From: an uncultured Gammaproteobacteria bacterium
GTDB taxonomy: Bacteria > Pseudomonadota > Gammaproteobacteria > Xanthomonadales > Xanthomonadaceae
Direction of reading: 5' to 3'
Assembly: GCA_963714135.1 (NCBI GenBank)
Contig: OY970231.1
Location: 3,111,219 to 3,175,218 of the forward strand
Length of the DNA: 64,000 bases
The position numbers were made by a program, and so were the translations under genes. The notes beneath the pieces are model-generated. The model was not told the DNA's origin and searched no databases. It saw only the letters and a program-made list of their open reading frames with translations. Positions 18,042 to 24,803 of this stretch are shown here, one piece after another (within the stretch, counting starts at the first letter, position 1; every line of letters begins with the position of its first letter).

Positions 18042-18902
18042 ATGGACATGGGTCGAACCAGTGACTTGAAAGACAAACTGCGCCGTATCGCCAACGAGAC
18101 CGCCGAGCTGCCGGGAGTGAGCCTGCTCGCCAAGCCCCTGTACCGGCGCCTGTTCCAGCAGCCGTACCGCCACGGCAATCTTTACTGCGGCGTTTATCAA
18201 AGCTACGAGCAAGCCAAAGAGCATGCCCCCAGAAGCTTGCCGACGACCTATGACACGGACGCGGCCACCCGGATGTATCGCGATCAGATCGAGCGCCTGC
18301 GAGTCAGCGATTATCCGCTGCTGTATTGGGTCGCCCGCCTGCTCCAGACAGGCGAGCGCCGCGTGTTCGATCTGGGCGGGCACATCGGTATCAGCTACTA
18401 CGGTTTTGCCCGCTACATCGACTATCCGGCCGATCTACGCTGGCGGATCCATGACGTGCCGGCCGTGGTGGCCGCCGGGCGCGACTGGGCCGCAAAACAC
18501 GACCGGCAGCGCCATCTCGAATTCACCGGCACACGCGAGGATGCCGATGGCCAGCAGGTATTGATCGCCACCGGCGTGCTGCAATATCTCGAATACACCC
18601 TGCCCGAATTGCTGCAACAGTTGAAAAATCCACCGCAGCACGTGCTGGTCAACCTGACACCAATGCACCCCAGCCAAGGTTATTTCACCTTGCAGAATAT
18701 CGGTTTCGCCATCTGCCCTTATCGAGTCATGGCGGTGCCGGAGTTCATCGCCGGCATGCAGGCGCTGGGTTACGCGGTGATCGATCGTTGGGAATCGCTC
18801 GAACGCAATCTGCGCGTGCCGTTCGAGCCGGCCTGCACGATCGATCGTTACTCCGGGTTCTACTTCCGGCGTGATTCGGTGAAATTACCCGGCGCAAGCT
18901 GA
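18042..18902 (+). CDS. Putative SAM-dependent methyltransferase (resembles TIGR04325-type enzymes of polysaccharide loci)
   Basis: Internal ATG 18042 is preceded by GAGGA. VFDLGGHIGISYYGF is glycine-rich and SAM-loop-like. LIATGVLQYLEYTLPELL is also present. The family assignment is from memory. Confidence 0.7.
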   Translation: MDMGRTSDLKDKLRRIANETAELPGVSLLAKPLYRRLFQQPYRHGNLYCGVYQSYEQAKEHAPRSLPTTYDTDAATRMYRDQIERLRVSDYPLLYWVARLLQTGERRVFDLGGHIGISYYGFARYIDYPADLRWRIHDVPAVVAAGRDWAAKHDRQRHLEFTGTREDADGQQVLIATGVLQYLEYTLPELLQQLKNPPQHVLVNLTPMHPSQGYFTLQNIGFAICPYRVMAVPEFIAGMQALGYAVIDRWESLERNLRVPFEPACTIDRYSGFYFRRDSVKLPGAS

Positions 18903-18944
18903 GCACGCCAAACAGCTTGTGATTCCGCGCCGCCGATTGGCTTC

Positions 18945-19154
18945 TCAGGAGTGAGCCCGATGACCGAGCACGGTCGCGGGCAGGAACAGCACGGCCTTGA
19001 TCAGGGCAAACAGCGCATCGAAGGTGATGCCGACCAGCCGGAACGGCAGCGACAACAGCCATACCAGCGGTGCAAGCACCAGCGCCAGCAAGGCCAGCGG
19101 CCAACACAACACCCACAGAACGCACCAGCAGACGAACAAGATAAGGGTTTTCAT
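18945..19154 (-). CDS. Small hydrophobic membrane protein (69 aa), function unknown
   Basis: Tail of track ORF 18945..19691 starting MKTLILFVCWCVLWVLCWPLALLALVLAPLVWLL. ATG 19154 is preceded by GGGAG. Two predicted TM helices. Lies 95 nt downstream of the RES toxin gene on the same strand. Confidence 0.4.
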   Translation of the reverse strand: MKTLILFVCWCVLWVLCWPLALLALVLAPLVWLLSLPFRLVGITFDALFALIKAVLFLPATVLGHRAHS

Positions 19155-19249
19155 TGCCAAACTCCCGCCAATCCAGAGCGGCAATGATTCAACAATCATC
19201 ACACGGACAGCGCAAGCGCCAAACGTCATGCCGCGACAGCGGGCATCGC

Positions 19250-19696
19250 TCAGCGGATGAAGCGCTTGTCGAACCAGAACGGGTTGATGCTGATTTCCCG
19301 AAGCACAGTGACGGCGGATGGATGAGCGGCGTTGATCAGGAAATTGCTGCTGTCGGCGATGAGCGCCGACGGAATGGCCATCGCCACTTCGGCCTGGCTG
19401 TCGAGCCAATGATTGCCGATGGTCTGGGTCGCGGGCTCGTTGGCCTGCCAGCCATTGGGCAGTTTCGGGGCCTTGGCGACGGCCGCGCCGGGATCGATTT
19501 CGATCTCGATGAGCTTGAGCGTCAACGGAATGGTCGTCAGAGTGATGCGCAGATTGGCCAATGTTTCGATCATGGCCAGCGCCGGATGTTCGGCGGCGTA
19601 GATGACCGGGCGCGGCTTGGTGTGCCAGCGGCCATCGGTATAGAGTCCACCCGTGCCCTGCAGGCCGGGATAGGAGGAAATGCGCCAGCACCGCAT
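19250..19696 (-). CDS. RES-domain toxin (ParT/MbcT-like NAD+-targeting toxin family)
   Basis: Motifs: WRISS...GLYTDGRWH (Arg), YAAEHPALAMIE (Glu), AIPSALI (Ser). The track start at 19699 is a TTG. The ATG at 19696 overlaps the antitoxin stop as TGATG. Confidence 0.85.
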   Translation of the reverse strand: MRCWRISSYPGLQGTGGLYTDGRWHTKPRPVIYAAEHPALAMIETLANLRITLTTIPLTLKLIEIEIDPGAAVAKAPKLPNGWQANEPATQTIGNHWLDSQAEVAMAIPSALIADSSNFLINAAHPSAVTVLREISINPFWFDKRFIR

Positions 19697-20160
19697 CAAT
19701 AAATGCCGTGCGCGGTCCGCAGAAGGCTTTGCTCGATCAACCGGGCGCCCGGCTCGGTGGCGGCAAGCATGATGGGTTTGATGGGGGGACTATCGGCCAG
19801 CCATTGGGCCGGGGTCATCAGCCAGCGTTTGGCGGTTTCCTCGTCGCCGAACAGATCGACGGCCTGGGCGTAAACGCGAATGACCCGCATGAGACGTTCG
19901 GATTCGGCGGCGGTGAATTTGGCTTCTTCCTGGACCCGCCGGCGGATGGTGGTTTCCGCGCCGATCAAGGGTACGACTACACTGCGATCGACTCCGTGCT
20001 TGAGAAACCGGTCGAGCGAGCTGGTGGGCAATCCTTGCAGTACCAGCCTGAGAATGTCTTCTTCCGAACGCAGTGGAAGGTGCAGCCCGAGCAGCTTTTT
20101 AATTCGCTCGAACAAGTTCGGCGCCGGGGGAATCTGGGGGACTATGGCTAAAGCGGTCAT
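19696..20160 (-). CDS. Xre-like antitoxin with DUF2384 domain (ParS/MbcA-like)
   Basis: Internal ATG 20160 is preceded by GGAGG. The C-terminal sequence AESERLMRVIRVYAQAVDLFGDEETAKRWLMTPAQWL...PIMLAATEPGARLIEQSLLRTAHGIY is typical of DUF2384 antitoxins that sit upstream of RES toxins. Confidence 0.82.
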   Translation of the reverse strand: MTALAIVPQIPPAPNLFERIKKLLGLHLPLRSEEDILRLVLQGLPTSSLDRFLKHGVDRSVVVPLIGAETTIRRRVQEEAKFTAAESERLMRVIRVYAQAVDLFGDEETAKRWLMTPAQWLADSPPIKPIMLAATEPGARLIEQSLLRTAHGIY

Positions 20161-20438
20161 GCTAACTCCTCCATTTGGAGCAAACACTACGCCATTTGGC
20201 AGAATTTGCAACCCGCCGCCGGCCGGGTATTCAGGCAGAGCCCAGTCTCGAAGCGTCTCACCCCTGCTCCATCGCCGCCAGGCGGTTGCCACATGGAACG
20301 GCCGGCAAAGGATTTTCCGTTCTACATACCGTACCTGCCAATCACGTCCGTCAAACATCGCCCTGCCGGACCCATCGACTCGCCATCGATCAGGACTTCC
20401 ATCCGATTTCCCGCCGCCGCCTGGCGATTGGAGACGAA

Positions 20439-21557
20439 ATGAAAACCGCCTCACTCAAACACCGCGTCGCGCAGTTGCTCACCCTGGCCGATGTCCGGAT
20501 CGATGGCGGACGGCCCTGGGATATCCGGGTGCGCAACGATGATTTTTATGCACGCGTGCTGGCCCACGGCTCGCTGGGGCTGGGCGAATCGTACATGGAC
20601 GACTGGTGGGAAACCGGCGCGCTCGATACTTTCTTGTCCCGCCTGTTGAACGCAAGACTCGATCAACGCGTGCGCACCATCGACGATTGGCTCACCGGCC
20701 TTCGCGCCAAACTGCGCAATCTGCAAAACCGGCGGCATGCTTTCGAGATCGGCCAGCACCATTACGACCTGGGCCATGACCTCTACCAAGCGATGCTGGG
20801 CAAGCGCATGGTCTATAGCTGCGGTTATTGGCGCGATGCCGGGGATCTGGATTCGGCGCAGGAGGCCAAGCTCGATCTGGTTTGCCGAAAGTTGATGCTC
20901 CGGCCCGGCATGCGCGTACTCGATATCGGCTGCGGCTGGGGCGAGGCGCTCAAGTTCGCGGCCGAACGCTATGGTGTCAGCGGCGTCGGTATCACCGTCT
21001 CCAACGAACAGGCCCAGAGCGCGCGGCAGTTGTGCCACGGTCTGCCCATCGAGATCCGGCTGCAGGACTATCGCGACGTCAAAGAGCAATACGACCGTAT
21101 TTTCTCGCTGGGCATGTTCGAGCATGTCGGCGTGAAGAACTACCGCCGCTATTTCGAAACCGCGCGTCGCTGTCTCACCGACGCGGGTCTGTTCCTGTTG
21201 CACAGCATCGGCACGAACGTGTCGGTCAACAGCACCGACCCGTGGATCGCCAAGTACATCTTTCCCAATTCCATGCTGCCCTCGGCCGCGCAGATCACCC
21301 ATGCCATGGAAGGCTTGTTCGTGCTCGAGGACTGGCACAATTTCGGCGTCGACTACGAACGCACGCTATTGGCTTGGCGCGAGAACATCGAGCGCGCCTG
21401 GCCGGCACTCGCCCCTCGTTACAACGAGCGCTTCCAGCGCATGTGGCGCTACTACCTGGCCGCGAGCATCGCCGCATTCCGCGTCCGCGATACCCAGTTG
21501 TGGCAGTTGGTGCTCTCGCCGCATGGCGTTGCGGGCGGTTATCGCGCACCGCGTTAG
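20439..21557 (+). CDS. cfa: Cyclopropane-fatty-acyl-phospholipid synthase
   Basis: 372 aa from ATG 20439, with GGAG upstream. HYDLGHDLYQAMLGKRMVYSCGYW and VLDIGCGWGEALKFAAERYG (SAM motif) are present, as is the FEHVG..NY..YF signature of the Cfa/mycolic-acid synthase family. Confidence 0.92.
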   Translation: MKTASLKHRVAQLLTLADVRIDGGRPWDIRVRNDDFYARVLAHGSLGLGESYMDDWWETGALDTFLSRLLNARLDQRVRTIDDWLTGLRAKLRNLQNRRHAFEIGQHHYDLGHDLYQAMLGKRMVYSCGYWRDAGDLDSAQEAKLDLVCRKLMLRPGMRVLDIGCGWGEALKFAAERYGVSGVGITVSNEQAQSARQLCHGLPIEIRLQDYRDVKEQYDRIFSLGMFEHVGVKNYRRYFETARRCLTDAGLFLLHSIGTNVSVNSTDPWIAKYIFPNSMLPSAAQITHAMEGLFVLEDWHNFGVDYERTLLAWRENIERAWPALAPRYNERFQRMWRYYLAASIAAFRVRDTQLWQLVLSPHGVAGGYRAPR

Positions 21558-21669
21558 GCGGGCTGTGATTCACGAGTTGTGATTCGTTCGCGTTCGATTG
21601 ACAGCGCGGGTTGAAGGCGAAGGTCGTGAAAGAAATGGAATCGGCCAACAAAGCAGCGGCGGCCACAAC

Positions 21670-22278
21670 TCAGCCTCGGCGAACCAGACCGCAATACAAA
21701 CCTTCGATTCCGAAATCGGCGTCCGGCGCGACTTCGATGGGCGCGTAATCGGGATTGCGCGGCAACAACAGCAAGCGATCCCTGGTGCGCTTGAGCCGCT
21801 TGACCGTGATCTCGCCATCGATGCGCGCCACGACGATCTGGCCGTTCTCGGCCACCTCGGTGCGATGCACGGCGATCAAATCACCATCGAGGATGCCGTC
21901 ATCACGCATCGAATCGCCCTTCACCCGCAGCAGGTAATCGGGCCGCGGAAAAAACGCCGCATGATCGAACAGCATCTGCCCCTCGAAATCGGCCTGCGCA
22001 CTGATCGGCGCACCTGCAGCCACACGGCCCAGAATCGGCAGCGTCAGCGTATCCGAGCGGTGCGACCTGCCCGCCGCCAGCCGGATGCCGCGCGCCTTGC
22101 CCGGCAACAAAGCGATGACACCCTTGGAATCGAGCATGCGCAAATGCTTGTGCGCGGCATTGTCGTGAATGCCGAACGCCTTCGCGGTCTCCGCCACCGA
22201 CGGCGCCACACCTTCGGAGCGGATGTGCTCGGCGATGAAATCGTAAACAGCTTGCTGGCGGTCGGTGAGTTCAGTCAT
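21670..22278 (-). CDS. lexA: LexA repressor (SOS regulator, S24 peptidase)
   Basis: MTELTDRQQAVYDFI wHTH N-terminus. AG cleavage site (RVAAGAP). Ser/Lys dyad context (VKGDSMRDDGI and VKRL). Start taken at ATG 22278 by analogy to the canonical LexA N-terminus. ATG 22299 is also open. Confidence 0.92.
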   Translation of the reverse strand: MTELTDRQQAVYDFIAEHIRSEGVAPSVAETAKAFGIHDNAAHKHLRMLDSKGVIALLPGKARGIRLAAGRSHRSDTLTLPILGRVAAGAPISAQADFEGQMLFDHAAFFPRPDYLLRVKGDSMRDDGILDGDLIAVHRTEVAENGQIVVARIDGEITVKRLKRTRDRLLLLPRNPDYAPIEVAPDADFGIEGLYCGLVRRG

Positions 22279-22279
22279 G

Positions 22280-22297
22280 GGTGGATATTTATACACC
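22280..22297. promoter_or_regulatory. Imperfect 18-bp palindrome abutting the lexA start (candidate autoregulatory operator)
   Basis: The minus strand reads GGTGTATAAATATCCACC, with 14/18 self-complementary positions. It sits directly 5' of ATG 22278. Only partial resemblance to CTGT-N8-ACAG. Confidence 0.3.
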
Positions 22298-22639
22298 ATC
22301 CGGAGCGAAAGTCATCCCCTGCGCAAAGAGGCTGAGTCATTGGAGTGTTCGAGAGTTTCGCAGGTCTAACGCGGGGTCGTTGGCTGAAGGAAACCGAGGT
22401 TTTGCCTTGGCCGCTGGCTGTCATTGTTTTCCGCCAAAATATTTCACACGACTTATGTGTTTGCCCGCAGACGGGAACAAACGTTCGCAAATCGCAGCAC
22501 CGATCTGCCCCTCCGTATTTTCAGTGCTTCGGCGACATCGTTGGACATCATGTTGACCAATGCAACTCTGTCGTGCCAAATCGAAACTGCCGATTCGCCT
22601 GAATTTGGTGCTGCAACTCAGACTATACGGAGAGTCATC

Positions 22640-23218
22640 ATGGACGATGGAATGCAAACACCGGCTGGCCAATTCCGATTTGGCCCGCAAGCCAGAGCAC
22701 TTTTCGGGGCAGTATTCGTCGCAGGCCTCATGCTTTTACTGGGCGCGTGCAGCGAGCGGGCCGTCACACCGCGCTCCGACCAGTAGATCGACATCTTTTT
22801 CCACCACGCCCAAGCCGACGACGGACAGGCATGGCTGGAGGAAGAAGCACCCGACTTTGTAGCGGCCCTACCCAAGGACGACGCGCTCAGACTGGCCGAA
22901 CGCGCATTGACTCACCCTGATGCCGCCATACGCATCTATGGATTGCAACTCATCTACCAGCTTGGACTCGACGCCCGCGGCGACCAGGCAGCGGCAGAGC
23001 GTCTGGTGAAAGGAGACGACCTCACCGCACTCGGCTGGAGCTGGCTGCACTCGAGCGATCCGACTTTGCTGGAACGACGCCTTCGCGGTATTCGCGAGGT
23101 TATTTCTTCGCGCATCGAAACGATGCAACCTGCTGAGCGAAAGGCAGCGGAGGAATTTTTGTGTGGAGGCCGAGAGGAATGCATGGGCAAGGACGTGCCG
23201 GATGCTTCGCGGCCCTGA
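22640..23218 (+). pseudogene. Lipoprotein gene interrupted by one in-frame TAG (22784-22786)
   Basis: ATG 22640 (GGAGAG SD) encodes a signal peptide plus lipobox-like LLLGAC, followed by 11 aa and then TAG. The same frame continues with no further stop (IDIFFHHAQADDGQAWLEEEAPDF...) into track ORF 22907..23218. Low-GC region. Confidence 0.55.
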
Positions 23219-23405
23219 TCCAATCGCAGTTCAAATGCTTCAAGAATCGTGGCCGATAGGCAGTTCATGCGCTTGGCACTCTCGCGGGATAAGCCCGCTG
23301 CTTTTTTCACCCAAGAGGCCGCGCCTCACTCTCGCCGTAGGCCTGCGCGTGCAGCGTAGCAACAGAGGTCTGACCTGATTGCCGCCTTGAGTCATTCCAC
23401 AAGCT

Positions 23406-24593
23406 TCAACAGCTATTGGTGAGAAACGCCGCCGCATCCTCAAGGGAGGAAATGATCCGGCACTTGAACTTGCGATCCAAGGCCACGTTCTTCTGGCTTA
23501 GAAGCATATGCAGAGGCTTCTCCGTCAGAAATACATCGCAATAAGGCAGTGCCGCCTGCGCGTGATGGAAATCAAACAAATCGTTGCCATTCAACTGTCG
23601 CTTCTGATCCCACCTTACCGCCGCATGACATAGAGATCCAATCTCCAAGGTCGGTAGCGCCTTGACGATCAGATCTCGCTTGTTCTGGAAAGTCGCGCAT
23701 AGCAGATTGAAAACAATCCGCTGCCTTTCGTTCTCTGAACGCAATGATCGAGGAGCTTCTCTTTTCATGGCGAGAATTCGTTCCACGGCCTGCAGTCCTG
23801 GCACGGCCAACAAATCCAGCCCACCTCGGAATTCGTCTTCGTAGACCTGCAAGAAGCTTTTGACCCCGCCAGAATGCGCCGCATTCTGGACATTAAGGCT
23901 CTGAGCTATGCCGTCAAAGTTCTTCTTTATTGTCGAATCGTGACCGAGCAGTTGCTCGATCTCTGGCAGTGGTATTTGCCACATGTGGTCGAAGAAAGCC
24001 TTCTGAACAACAAGCATCTCGCCTTCGCTAAATGCTGGTGTTTGCGGATGGGTGATGCCAAGGACGTAGCTCACCTTCGACCACACGAGCTGGAAGGGAT
24101 CCATGACGTCGTACCCTCCGCTGGCGAACATGAAGTTGACTACCTCTTGGGCCATCCGTTCTTCATGAGGAATCAGGGTCACTCCCTCGCTCAGTTCGTC
24201 GATCAACTCGGCGGTAGCTCCACGCGTCCGACTGTCTTGCTGTTTGAGAAGCTCAAGGAATGTCGCATCGCTGATAGGACAAATGCGCTCCTTTCCTCTC
24301 ACAGAGCGCCGGAGACTATCGAGAATTCCGGACATTTCCTTGGCAACGGGGCGACCAAGGGCTACATCCCTCAGCCCTAGCCAAAATCTCAAATCTAGAT
24401 AGATGCGCTCGCGCTTCTGAATTTCGCCTGCAAGCAAAACCTTCTTGGACTTCTCGTAGGCCTCAAGCGTCACATGTCCTTCCACGCGATGCCTGGCAAA
24501 ACTATCGGCCATTTTCTCGCGGTCAATTTTCGGGGCTCTTGTGAACATGGTCAAATTTCGATCAAGCCTAGAGGCGGCATCTATTCGTAGCAA
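23406..24593 (-). CDS. Hypothetical protein (395 aa) in the low-GC islet; no family recognised
   Basis: Longest ORF in the roughly 50% GC segment, with protein-like composition. The track start is a TTG at 24593. The first ATG is at 24548. No SD is evident. Confidence 0.6.
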   Translation of the reverse strand: MLRIDAASRLDRNLTMFTRAPKIDREKMADSFARHRVEGHVTLEAYEKSKKVLLAGEIQKRERIYLDLRFWLGLRDVALGRPVAKEMSGILDSLRRSVRGKERICPISDATFLELLKQQDSRTRGATAELIDELSEGVTLIPHEERMAQEVVNFMFASGGYDVMDPFQLVWSKVSYVLGITHPQTPAFSEGEMLVVQKAFFDHMWQIPLPEIEQLLGHDSTIKKNFDGIAQSLNVQNAAHSGGVKSFLQVYEDEFRGGLDLLAVPGLQAVERILAMKREAPRSLRSENERQRIVFNLLCATFQNKRDLIVKALPTLEIGSLCHAAVRWDQKRQLNGNDLFDFHHAQAALPYCDVFLTEKPLHMLLSQKNVALDRKFKCRIISSLEDAAAFLTNSC

Positions 24594-24803
24594 TTAGCAC
24601 CGTCGCCCGACGGCATGCAGGAGGTCCCATGAGCCAAATCCGACTGCAGTGGACGACCGCAATGGGAAGAAACCAGACAATCAACACCCTCATCTTACTC
24701 ACCCCGTTTCATCCTAACCGCATCAGGCACATTCACCCACCCCATTCTCATCCCATGAGACCGCCTCACGTTCTCCTGTCGCTCCCTCCTTGGACTGATC
24801 GAC

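Noticed and set aside
16910-18178. N-terminal extensions of track ORFs (PPTase 422 aa; likewise cfa 20175.., antitoxin ..20454, Fnr-like ..56123, MFS ..49781, tal ..50829)
   Set aside because: The extensions lack similarity to the respective families and often overlap neighbouring genes. Internal starts with SD sequences, or canonical family N-termini, were used instead.
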